Origin: Thermomicrobiaceae bacterium
Lineage (GTDB): Bacteria > Chloroflexota > Chloroflexia > Thermomicrobiales > Thermomicrobiaceae
Length of the DNA stretch: 35,341 bases
NCBI GenBank assembly: GCA_007124395.1
Contig: SLFF01000304.1
Location: forward strand, 1-35,341
Direction of reading: 5' to 3'
The position numbers and the translations under genes were made by a program. Below, in pieces: positions 27,987-35,341 of the stretch (the first letter of the stretch is position 1; the number at the start of each line of letters is the position of its first letter). The notes under the pieces were generated by a model. The model was not told the DNA's origin and searched no databases. It saw only the letters and a list, made by a program, of their open reading frames with translations.

Positions 27987-28329
27987 TCGAGCAATCGCGC
28001 TAGCGGACAATCGTGGTGAGACTTGATACGTCTCTTATAGCATGTGACTATGTAAATGTAAATACTTTGTGAAATGGCCAAAACTTGCAAGTAACCTTGT
28101 TAGTGGTTGATTTGGCTGTGTTTCTGTGATCGCATTCGCTACACGCAGTCCGTGAAGCAGGTAGAAGGAACATCGGATACGGCCATTGCCTAATGAAATG
28201 CTGGCTCATTTGATGGGGGATACCCGCTCAAATGATGGTATCGATCCGCGCCTGCCGCGCTCGGCTACCACCTTGTCGTGCAGGGCAGGGATCGATTGGG
28301 GAGTGTAGCGTTATGCCTCGCACGTCTTT

Positions 28330-28359
28330 TTGACAGGCCGTCAGTTCAGTCCGTATACT
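28330..28359 (+). promoter_or_regulatory. Sigma-70-type promoter for rpmH-rnpA: TTGACA-18 nt-TATACT
   Basis: TTGACA at 28330-28335 and TATACT at 28354-28359, with a T-rich upstream flank. About 80 nt upstream of the rpmH ATG. Confidence 0.55.
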
Positions 28360-28361
28360 TT

Positions 28362-28411
28362 CGTGGTCCGTTGCGGCTCCTGCGCCGGTGGGAACGCACG
28401 GTCGTTTTTTT
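28362..28411 (+). terminator. Hairpin plus U7 in the rpmH leader (attenuator-like intrinsic terminator)
   Basis: CCGTTGCG (28368-28375) pairs with CGCACGG (28395-28401): 7 bp with one bulge. TTTTTTT lies at 28405-28411, and the rpmH ATG is 29 nt further on. Confidence 0.45.
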
Positions 28412-28439
28412 GTGACCGGGATCAGAAGGATGTTGTCAG

Positions 28440-28607
28440 ATGCCAAAGAGAACATATCAGCCGAAGCGAATTCCCAGGAAGCGGACCCACGGTTTCCGTG
28501 CCCGGATGAAGACGCGAGGCGGCCGGGCCGTGATCGCGACTCGACGGCGCCGCGGCCGCAAGTCGCTGTCAGTTTCCACCGAGTACAAGCCAACGACCCG
28601 CAGGTAG
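28440..28607 (+). CDS. rpmH: 50S ribosomal protein L34
   Basis: Too short for the ORF track. My translation is [63 protein letters not shown] upstream. Confidence 0.93.
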   Translation: MPKRTYQPKRIPRKRTHGFRARMKTRGGRAVIATRRRRGRKSLSVSTEYKPTTRR

Positions 28608-28618
28608 CTTGAGGGACG

Positions 28619-28984
28619 ATGATTGCCCGGAGCCTCCGCCTGCGTGATCCGCGAGAATTTCAGCGGGTTCGCAAGCGAGGGCGATCCTGGACAACGCCGT
28701 ACCTGGTTCTGGTGTCCCGGCCGAATGGGTTGGACCACAACCGGTACGGCTTCGCTGTTGGTCGCCGAGTCGGCAACGCGGTAGCACGGAACAAGGTGAA
28801 GCGCTGGATGCGGGAAGCGATCAGGCCTCGACATCCTGCATTGAAGCAGGGGTTCGACATCATTCTAATAGCCCGTGGGCGGATGGCATCTCCATCTGTC
28901 GGGTTCAGCAATGTGGATGAGTCGGTGGGTATACTTGCCGAGCAGGCAGGGCTGGTTCCCGACGCGGACCAGGTTGCCGAGTAA
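28619..28984 (+). CDS. rnpA: Ribonuclease P protein component
   Basis: [27 protein letters not shown] (RNR motif). Lies immediately after rpmH. Confidence 0.9.
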   Translation: MIARSLRLRDPREFQRVRKRGRSWTTPYLVLVSRPNGLDHNRYGFAVGRRVGNAVARNKVKRWMREAIRPRHPALKQGFDIILIARGRMASPSVGFSNVDESVGILAEQAGLVPDADQVAE

Positions 28985-29018
28985 CGTAGCCAATCCGGTC
29001 GAGCGGGGTTACCAAACC

Positions 29019-29228
29019 ATGCGAACCGTTGCACTCTGGTTGATCAGAGGCTATCAGAGGGGAATTTCCCCATATCTCCCGCCGAGTTGCCGGTTTCATC
29101 CAACCTGTTCCGAATATGCCTACCAGGCAATCGACAAGTACGGTATTATCCGGGGTGGTTTGAAAGCAATCTGGCGTATTCTGCGATGCAATCCATTCTG
29201 TCAGGGTGGTTTCGACCCCGTCGACTAG
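29019..29228 (+). CDS. yidD: Membrane protein insertion efficiency factor YidD
   Basis: [31 protein letters not shown]...RCNPF. Internal ATG of ORF 28875..29228. Confidence 0.88.
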   Translation: MRTVALWLIRGYQRGISPYLPPSCRFHPTCSEYAYQAIDKYGIIRGGLKAIWRILRCNPFCQGGFDPVD

Positions 29229-29300
29229 AGCGATACATCAACCGGCACGCGGGCGTAATACGGTAATCACCTGCGTATCTAGCCTGAGAAGGAGCCTCTC

Positions 29301-30314
29301 TTGCCGGTCTGGAGTCAATTTGTAGATCTGATCGAATGGTCGCTCCGCTTCTTTGGCGATCTGACCGGTAGTGCTGGTCTCTCGATCATCATCCTCACGG
29401 TCATTGTTAAAACGATTCTGCTGCCTCTGACGGTCAAGGCACTGCGCTCGACCCTGGCGATGCAGGAGCTCCAGCCGAAGGTCAAGGATCTTCAGAAGCG
29501 GTTCGGCAAGGACCGCCAGCGACTCTCGGCAGAGACGATGAAGCTCTATCAGGACAACGGGGTCAACCCGATGTCCGGATGTCTGCCTATGCTGCTGCAG
29601 ATGCCGGTGTTCTTTGGCCTCTACTTTGCTATTCGTAATCTCACCAACGAGAGCGTCGGTGTCTGGGCAGACGGGTTCCTCTGGATCCCTGACCTTTCCA
29701 CGAATGACCCGTGGCGCATTCTTCCGTTTGCCGCCGCAGCATCACAGTTCGTGCAGATGCGGATGACTCGCCCTGCCGGACAGGGCAAGCCAGAAGATCC
29801 ACAGCAGCGCATGATGTACACGATGATGAACTTCATGCCGCTGATGGTTATCGTCATCGGCTGGACGTTTGCGGCTGGCCCGGTGCTTTACTGGACGATC
29901 TCCGCACTCTACAGTGTGATCCAGCAGTGGTTCATCACTGGGTGGGGTTCGATGAAGGACTGGTTCCCGTGGTTGCCGGAGTTGCCAGATAGCAGCCGAC
30001 TCGGCTATGTCGATCCCGAGGTCCGGCGACAGCGAGCTGCTGAATCCAAGAATTCGGGTCTGTTTGGTGCCATCAACAAGAAGATGGAAGAGCAGATGAA
30101 GCGAATTGAGGAGGAGCGCGAACGACAGGCTGCTGAAGCCGGTGGCAATGGACGCTCGGGCGGCAGTGGTGGAAAGTCCAAGAAGAAGAACAAGAAGCAG
30201 AAGGGCGAGCGCTCGCGTTCGGACGACCAGGAACAGCCCGTTGTTGCACCACGTCCTGATCTGGTCCCACGGCGCTCACGCCCAGGAAAGAGTGACAGCA
30301 CAGCTGGAAGCTAA
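29301..30314 (+). CDS. yidC: YidC/Oxa1-family membrane protein insertase, short form with a long charged C-terminal tail
   Basis: LLPLTVKALRS...MSGCLPMLLQMPVFFGLY. TTG start with GAAGGAG upstream. The last roughly 100 aa are Lys/Arg/Glu/Gly-rich. Confidence 0.9.
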   Translation: MPVWSQFVDLIEWSLRFFGDLTGSAGLSIIILTVIVKTILLPLTVKALRSTLAMQELQPKVKDLQKRFGKDRQRLSAETMKLYQDNGVNPMSGCLPMLLQMPVFFGLYFAIRNLTNESVGVWADGFLWIPDLSTNDPWRILPFAAAASQFVQMRMTRPAGQGKPEDPQQRMMYTMMNFMPLMVIVIGWTFAAGPVLYWTISALYSVIQQWFITGWGSMKDWFPWLPELPDSSRLGYVDPEVRRQRAAESKNSGLFGAINKKMEEQMKRIEEERERQAAEAGGNGRSGGSGGKSKKKNKKQKGERSRSDDQEQPVVAPRPDLVPRRSRPGKSDSTAGS

Positions 30315-30349
30315 TCTGCTCCCAGAACAGAGCGAAGGAGTGCACATCA

Positions 30350-31054
30350 ATGCACAGCGTCGAGATTCAAGCTCGTTCGGTGGAAGAGGCCGTTCGACTT
30401 GCCCTGGAGCAACTTGGCCGGCCGGAGGACGAGGTCGACGTTGAGGTGTTGGTTGATGCTGACCCGGCGAACGACGGCGAAGCCCTGGTTCGGGTAACGG
30501 CCAAGGGTCATGCGGCACAACCGGTGGCGGCTGGCTATACTGGCCCGGTTCAGGCAGATCGCCCGGATGAAGAGACCGAGCAGATCGCCAAGAATGTGGT
30601 TACCGAGCTGCTGGATGCGATGGGCTTCGATTGTCAGGTGATGGCGGTTGATAATCCGTCGGCGATCGATGTGGCGCCGGATGAACCGCCGACGGTTTTC
30701 ATCGATGTCAACGGTCGGGATCTGGGGATGCTGATCGGGCGTCGTGGTGAGAACCTCGCGCAGTTCCAGTACATGGTGAACCTGCTGGTGAACAAGCAAC
30801 TGGAGATCTGGACACGCGTCATTGTCGACGTTGAGGGGTATCGAGCCCGGCGTGAAGAATCGCTGATTAGCCTGGCCAGACGCGTCGCACAGCAGGTGGC
30901 ACGCAATCACAAACCGGTTCCGCTGGAGCCGATGCCAGCCAATGAGCGGCGAGTGGTCCACATGGCACTTCGTAACGATGATTCGGTCGTTACCGAGAGC
31001 AGCGGCGAGGCGGGCAACCGTCGAGTTACGATCCAGCCGAACCGCAACTCCTGA
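30350..31054 (+). CDS. jag: Jag/KhpB-type RNA-binding protein (Jag_N, KH, R3H)
   Basis: N-terminal MHSVEIQARSVEEAVRLALEQLG, KH-like LIGRRGENLAQFQYM and R3H-like ERRVVHMAL. Canonical position after yidC. Confidence 0.88.
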   Translation: MHSVEIQARSVEEAVRLALEQLGRPEDEVDVEVLVDADPANDGEALVRVTAKGHAAQPVAAGYTGPVQADRPDEETEQIAKNVVTELLDAMGFDCQVMAVDNPSAIDVAPDEPPTVFIDVNGRDLGMLIGRRGENLAQFQYMVNLLVNKQLEIWTRVIVDVEGYRARREESLISLARRVAQQVARNHKPVPLEPMPANERRVVHMALRNDDSVVTESSGEAGNRRVTIQPNRNS

Positions 31055-31061
31055 TACTCCG

Positions 31062-31082
31062 CTCGCCTGAAGTTCGGGCGAG
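31062..31082 (+). terminator. Weak hairpin after jag, CTCGCC-N9-GGCGAG, with a poor T-tract
   Basis: 6-bp GC-rich stem at 31062-31067 / 31077-31082, followed by TATGTTCC. Confidence 0.25.
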
Positions 31083-31165
31083 TATGTTCCACACGATGAC
31101 CGGATGGATTCATGTGCACGATCACGTGATTATCCGGTTAGCTCACTCGTCTTCCGGGAGTCACT

Positions 31166-32059
31166 GTGCATCAAGCCCCCGAATTTCTGGCGATCGGCCA
31201 TATTTCGATCGATCGACGCCCGGATGGCTCGCTCGTCCCTGGTGGGACGGCGCTCTATGCTGCGTTGCTGGCGTCACGGTTTGGCCTTCGTTCGGCAATC
31301 CTTACCCGCGGACGGTTCGACCATATCGAGGATGAATCGGTCCGTGAGTCATTGACCCGCTATGCCAGCGAGGTCGACCTCATTGTGCAGGAAGCCGACG
31401 AACCAACCCAGTTCACCAACAAGTCGGTAGCTGGGCGTCGGGAACAGACGATCCACTCCTGGGCGGGAGAGATCGATCTCAACGGCGTTCCGCCGATGTG
31501 GCGCTCGGCCGGAATCATCCATCTCGGACCGATTGCCCAGGAGATCGATGTTCGCCGGGCGGGTCGCCTGAGTCCTGACTTTTTCGGAATCACCCCGCAG
31601 GGTCTGATGCGTGACTGGCGCACCGAGCACGATGGGAAAGTCACGGTTGTCCCACTTCGGCTGGCCTATGAGTTCCTCGGCCGAATAGACGCAATGGTGC
31701 TGAGTTCCGAGGAACACAGCCTTGCCCGTGATGAGATCGAGGTGATCGGCTCACGCGGCCTGGTTGCGGTGACTCGTGGCGCGGCAGGTGTGCAATTGAC
31801 CGATCGGGGTCATCAGACGCAGATCCCGGCCTTCAACGTGCCGGTGGTCGACGATACCGGTTCAGGTGATGTGTTTGCGGCAGCGCTGTTTATCCTGAGA
31901 ACGCAGGGTATCGGGGTTGCTCAAGCAGCGAGAATCGCCTCGGCGAGTGCCGCGGTCATGATCCAGACCGGTGGTCCAGACGCAGTGCCGACGCGTGAAC
32001 AGGTCGACGCGTTCCTGGCTGATGAACAGCGAAAAGCCCAGCAGCGCAACGCCTGGTAA
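31166..32059 (+). CDS. PfkB-family carbohydrate/nucleoside kinase
   Basis: LAIGHISID...GGTALYAA at the N-terminus and the anion-hole motif DDTGSGDVFAAALF. GTG start. Confidence 0.8.
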   Translation: MHQAPEFLAIGHISIDRRPDGSLVPGGTALYAALLASRFGLRSAILTRGRFDHIEDESVRESLTRYASEVDLIVQEADEPTQFTNKSVAGRREQTIHSWAGEIDLNGVPPMWRSAGIIHLGPIAQEIDVRRAGRLSPDFFGITPQGLMRDWRTEHDGKVTVVPLRLAYEFLGRIDAMVLSSEEHSLARDEIEVIGSRGLVAVTRGAAGVQLTDRGHQTQIPAFNVPVVDDTGSGDVFAAALFILRTQGIGVAQAARIASASAAVMIQTGGPDAVPTREQVDAFLADEQRKAQQRNAW

Positions 32060-32097
32060 GACCCCCCTTCTCCGCATTCTGGACGGAGCTACTCCAC

Positions 32098-33498
32098 ATG
32101 TATGACGACACGATTACCGCAATTGCGACCCCGGTTGGCGAAGGTGGCATCGGGATCATCCGGCTCAGCGGGCCGGAATCTGCCGATGTTGCCGGTCGAC
32201 TCTTCCGGCGTGGATCTCGCCTTCGCCCAGTGGACGTCGGGCAACTGGAAAGCCACCATCTGTACTACGGTCACATCGTAAACCCTAAGAGTGACCGGAT
32301 TGTTGATGAGGTGATGCTCACCCGAATGGCCGGTCCACGCACCTACACCCGGGAAGATGTGGTGGAGATCTCCTGTCATGGGGGCCCAATTCCGTTGCGT
32401 GAGGTGCTGAGCCTGACGATCGATGCCGGAGCGCGCGAGGCCGAACCGGGCGAGTTTACGCTCCGGGCTTTTCTCAACGGCCGGCTCGATCTGTCACAGG
32501 CCGAAGCAGTGATGTCCGTTGTCTCGGCTCAGACGTCGGAGTCACTCGAGATGGCCGTAAACGAGCTTCGTGGCCGGCTGACCAATCGTCTGACGCCAGC
32601 CCGCGAGGCGTTGCTTGAGGGCCTGGCATTTCTGGATGCAGCAGCCGATTTCCCTGAAGACGAGATTCCCCCAACCGATGTCCCCGAGGTGCTGAAACGT
32701 GCAGAGGGACATCTCTCTGATGTTCTGGAATCGTCGCAGATGGGGCTGCTCTATCGAGAGGGCGTGCAGATCGCGATCGTCGGACGGCCAAATGTCGGCA
32801 AATCGAGCTTGATGAACACGCTGCTGCGCTCGGATCGGGCGATCGTCACCGAGATCGCCGGAACGACCCGGGATGTCATCACCGAGACGATCAATCTTCG
32901 AGGGATTCCGGCTACGCTGCTGGATACGGCCGGTATTGCCGAGACCGAAGACGTTGTCGAGTCGATCGGGATCGATCGGTCGCGGAAGGCGCTGGCATCT
33001 GCCGGAGTGGCGATCTTCGTGCTGGATGGTTCGCAGCCACTGACCGAGGCTGATCTACAGGTCGGGCAATTGCTGGCCGATCGATTCGGCTCCGCCGAGG
33101 ATCGGCGCCTGGTGGTGGCGATCAACAAGCGTGATCTGCCGGAGCGGTACGAGCATCGCGAGTTGCTGGATCAGTTCGACGACACGCCGGTGGTTGAGAT
33201 CTCGACGATGGCTGGTGAGGGAATCAGCGCACTGGAAGAGGCAGTCTATGACTCTCTGGTGGCTCAGGCCGGTGAGGCTCGCGAACCGGCGATGGTCACG
33301 CTCCGTCAACAGCAGGCGCTCGCCCGGGCGCTTGAGCACGTGAAGTCAGCACAATTCGCACTGGATGATGGCGTCCCACAGGATCTGGTTGCGGTGGATG
33401 TACGCTCGGCGATGCTGGCGGTGGGCGAGATCACGGGCGAACAGGTGAGTGAATCGATCCTCACCGAGATCTTCAGTCGATTCTGCATCGGAAAGTAG
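32098..33498 (+). CDS. mnmE: tRNA modification GTPase MnmE (TrmE)
   Basis: G1 GRPNVGKSSL, TEIAGTTRD, DTAG, NKRD and C-terminal FCIGK. Confidence 0.93.
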   Translation: MYDDTITAIATPVGEGGIGIIRLSGPESADVAGRLFRRGSRLRPVDVGQLESHHLYYGHIVNPKSDRIVDEVMLTRMAGPRTYTREDVVEISCHGGPIPLREVLSLTIDAGAREAEPGEFTLRAFLNGRLDLSQAEAVMSVVSAQTSESLEMAVNELRGRLTNRLTPAREALLEGLAFLDAAADFPEDEIPPTDVPEVLKRAEGHLSDVLESSQMGLLYREGVQIAIVGRPNVGKSSLMNTLLRSDRAIVTEIAGTTRDVITETINLRGIPATLLDTAGIAETEDVVESIGIDRSRKALASAGVAIFVLDGSQPLTEADLQVGQLLADRFGSAEDRRLVVAINKRDLPERYEHRELLDQFDDTPVVEISTMAGEGISALEEAVYDSLVAQAGEAREPAMVTLRQQQALARALEHVKSAQFALDDGVPQDLVAVDVRSAMLAVGEITGEQVSESILTEIFSRFCIGK

Positions 33499-33525
33499 GC
33501 GTTCGTCTTCGAGAGCCCAGACTGG

Positions 33526-34026
33526 TCAGTCGTCCTCAGAGATGTCGACCACCACGGCATCGGTCAGCGTCTGGATCGTCGCGGGTGTGATCCTGAGCAT
33601 TGACTCGATATCCCCGCCACCCGCATAGACCACCGGCTCATTGAACACGGCATCATCGATGTAGACCGTCAATTGCTCCCGATGACCGATCGGCGGGGTG
33701 CCGCCTGCCCGGTAACCGGTCACCTCATGGACCAGTTCAGGTGGTGCCAGTTTCGGCTTTCGCAGACCGGTTGCCTGGCTGAGTTTCCGGCGGTCGACTT
33801 TGGCCGTTCCGCGGACTACGGCAATGATCGTCTCCTCGTTGCGGTCACTGAAAACCAGCGACTTCACAATCTGTTCCGGGCGAACCCCGAGGGCGTCCGC
33901 GGCGGCCGGAACGGTGGGGGTGTCGGCCCCGGGAACGATGATCTCGGCATCGATCCGGTTGCTATCGAGAAACTCCTGCATGCGTTCACGACCGGTGTGG
34001 TCTGACAGGTGTGCTGGTTCGGCCAC
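33526..34026 (-). CDS. YbaK/ProX-type aminoacyl-tRNA editing (deacylase) domain protein
   Basis: IVKSLVFSD...IIAVVRGTAKVDRRKL...GYRAGGTPPIGH. GTG start with GAGGAAG upstream. Confidence 0.75.
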   Translation of the reverse strand: MAEPAHLSDHTGRERMQEFLDSNRIDAEIIVPGADTPTVPAAADALGVRPEQIVKSLVFSDRNEETIIAVVRGTAKVDRRKLSQATGLRKPKLAPPELVHEVTGYRAGGTPPIGHREQLTVYIDDAVFNEPVVYAGGGDIESMLRITPATIQTLTDAVVVDISEDD

Positions 34027-34076
34027 AGTTACGCTTCCTCTATCGGTTCGGATTCAGCTCCCACGCGTGGTTTCGC

Positions 34077-34553
34077 TTACTCGATCCGCAGGATCTTCGC
34101 CTCCATGTTGATGCCAGGCGTCTCAATGGTGACTTCATCGCCGACTTTGCGTCCAAGGAGTGCCTTGCCGAACGGGGATTCGTTGGAAATACGGCCCTGG
34201 GCCGGACGAGATTCGACTGCTCCAACGATGGTGTATTTTTCCTCTTCGCCATCCACCTCGATCGTCACGGTGGAGCCGATCCGGACAGTAGAACTGGCGG
34301 TTGCGCTGCTACTCTCGTCGATGATTTCGACGCGCTTGAGCATCCGCTCCAGCTCACGAATTCGCCCCTCGATAATGCCCTGATCGTGCTTTGCGGCATC
34401 GTAGGCAGCATTCTCTCGCAGGTCACCGTGAGACCGGGCCTCGGCGATAACTTCCACGATGCGAGGACGCTCGTTGTTGACCAGATGCTCGTACTCTTCC
34501 TTGAGTTTCGCCAGTCCTTCGCGGGTTACGGGCACCTTTTCATTGCTGGACAT
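34077..34553 (-). CDS. greA: Transcription elongation factor GreA
   Basis: VPVTREGLAKLKEEYEHLVNNERPRIVEVIAEARSHGDLRENAAYDAAK... AGGAGA lies before ATG 34553. The ORF is open to 34607. Confidence 0.92.
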   Translation of the reverse strand: MSSNEKVPVTREGLAKLKEEYEHLVNNERPRIVEVIAEARSHGDLRENAAYDAAKHDQGIIEGRIRELERMLKRVEIIDESSSATASSTVRIGSTVTIEVDGEEEKYTIVGAVESRPAQGRISNESPFGKALLGRKVGDEVTIETPGINMEAKILRIE

Positions 34554-34648
34554 ACGGCGTCTCCTGTCTTCTGCGTGTTCAATGAGATCGGTTCTGAGTT
34601 CAGGCAAACCATCCGGAGCGGTTTCCCGCCCGGCAGGATAATTCAGTG

Positions 34649-34677
34649 ACTATACGGCACGATTCGCGCTCTGGCAA
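34649..34677 (-). promoter_or_regulatory. Sigma-70-type promoter for greA: TTGCCA-17 nt-TATAGT
   Basis: On the minus strand TTGCCA is 34677-34672 and TATAGT is 34654-34649. The leader of about 90 nt contains a CCGG-GCGG-GAAA-CCGC-T-CCGG hairpin. Confidence 0.5.
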
Positions 34678-34688
34678 TCGTGGTGCAG

Positions 34689-35341
34689 CTAGCGCACGAT
34701 CGCTTCGCGAGCGCGCTGACGTCCCTTCTCAGTGAGAAACAGGTGGCTGTTCTGCCGGGTGAGGGAACCGTGACGCTCGGCCCAGCGGACGACATGCTCG
34801 GCGAACCGGGAGTCCCAGTTCAGATGGTCTTGCAAGTGATCGATGCGGTTTTCCTGCTGGGCGCTGGGCAGTCCCTCGTGATTGAGCAGATGAATCGCCA
34901 GCATGGTTCCGGCAAACTCCCAGCGCTGTCGACGCCGTCGCAATGCGATAGCGATAAGCCCGCGGTAGGGTGCGAAGAGGTAGCCAGCGATGAAGATGAC
35001 ACCGGTCATGGTGGCCATCGATCCGGCGATCGAGGCATCCAGATAGCGCGCCAGCCAGTACCCGAGAATTGCGACCGCCACCCCTATTCCAGCGCTGAGT
35101 ACCAGCATCAGCCAGAGACGATCGGTGAGCAGGTAGGCCGTGACTGGCGGGCCAACGATCAGCGCCACCACCAGGATCGCGCCGACGGCGTCGAACGCGC
35201 CCACCGCGGTCACCGAAACGAGACTCATCAGGCTGTAGTGGATGATTACTGGCGAGAACCCGAGCGCGGCCGCCAGCCCGGCATCGAAGGTGGCGAGTTT
35301 CAGTTCCTTGTAGAACAGGGTAACGAAGAGCACGTTGATGA
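34689..35341 (-). CDS. ABC-3 family (Mn/Zn/Fe chelate, MntB/ZnuB/TroD-like) permease with a C-terminal DtxR-like winged-helix extension; the 5' end is outside the window
   Basis: The reading frame stays open to the window edge. TM core FYKELKLATFDAGLAAALGF...; after the last TM and RRRRQRW comes AGTMLAIHLLNHEGL...FAEHVVRWAERHGSLTRQNSHLFLTEKGRQRA. Confidence 0.8.
   Translation of the reverse strand, partial: INVLFVTLFYKELKLATFDAGLAAALGFSPVIIHYSLMSLVSVTAVGAFDAVGAILVVALIVGPPVTAYLLTDRLWLMLVLSAGIGVAVAILGYWLARYLDASIAGSMATMTGVIFIAGYLFAPYRGLIAIALRRRRQRWEFAGTMLAIHLLNHEGLPSAQQENRIDHLQDHLNWDSRFAEHVVRWAERHGSLTRQNSHLFLTEKGRQRAREAIVR

Noticed and set aside
28033-28057. dif-like XerC/D site (TATAG-CATGTGA-CTATGTAAAT resembles the TTATGTAAAT XerD arm)
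   Set aside because: The left arm and the 7-nt centre do not fit the 11-6-11 dif architecture. An origin-type gene neighbourhood is also the wrong place for dif.
28263-28272. T-box-like GGTGGTAGCC on the minus strand
   Set aside because: Only the GGUGGUA core matches. No stem I or specifier elements are present, the nearest minus-strand gene is about 700 nt away, and that gene is not an aminoacyl-tRNA-related gene.
27603-28439. Chromosomal replication origin (oriC), suggested by the AT-rich non-coding stretch next to rpmH-rnpA-yidC-jag-mnmE
   Set aside because: Scanning both strands by eye, I found no 9-mer within one mismatch of TTATCCACA. The best is TGTGACTAT at 28044, with 2-3 mismatches. 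There is also no dnaA or dnaN in the window. It cannot be excluded for a lineage with divergent DnaA boxes, but it is not supported.
28228-28834. ORFs 28228..28593 (-), 28388..28612 (+) and 28457..28834 (-)
   Set aside because: They overlap the unmistakable L34 and RNase P protein genes in other frames.

Overview
Overall this is a mostly housekeeping, chromosomal window of moderately high GC, with about 33 protein genes and no rRNA, tRNA, CRISPR array, transposase or integrase. I found no recognisable defence, secretion or mobile system, so the leads below are orphan or unexplained pieces rather than a demonstrated new system. The gene order runs as follows:
- A truncated glutamate dehydrogenase.
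- A cytoplasmic GAF-type histidine kinase with a KdpE-like response regulator.
- A PhzF-family protein and pyruvate kinase.
- A pdhA-pdhB-pdhC operon with no E3 gene.
- mnmA, a CYP152-type P450 peroxygenase and an M20 peptidase.
- A GNAT, a SAM-methyltransferase and a VOC protein.
- An orphan 591-aa protein with a nucleosidase/phosphorylase-like C-terminus.
- A second two-component system followed by a small membrane protein.
- An M16 peptidase, a CinA/PncC homologue and two MFS transporters.
- A MerR / PIG-L deacetylase / DHA2-MFS operon.
- A secreted VWA/Ig-like protein.
- The origin-type cluster rpmH-rnpA-yidD-yidC-jag-(pfkB)-mnmE.
- A YbaK-like editing protein, greA and a truncated ABC-3 metal permease.

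The best leads are:
1. An ORF-free, partly AT-rich stretch of about 0.8 kb upstream of rpmH. It has a duplicated 16-nt block and several hairpins, and ends in a promoter followed at once by a hairpin and U7 attenuator-like element.
2. The 591-aa protein, which joins a roughly 390-aa N-terminal region I cannot place to an AMP-nucleosidase/PNP-like fold.
3. Four helically phased GTGAGA repeats in the gdh promoter, next to an OmpR-family regulator gene.
4. The operon headed by a His-rich MerR.
5. A metal permease fused to a DtxR-like winged helix.

All family calls rest on motifs read from the translations and on memory of those families. No database search was run.
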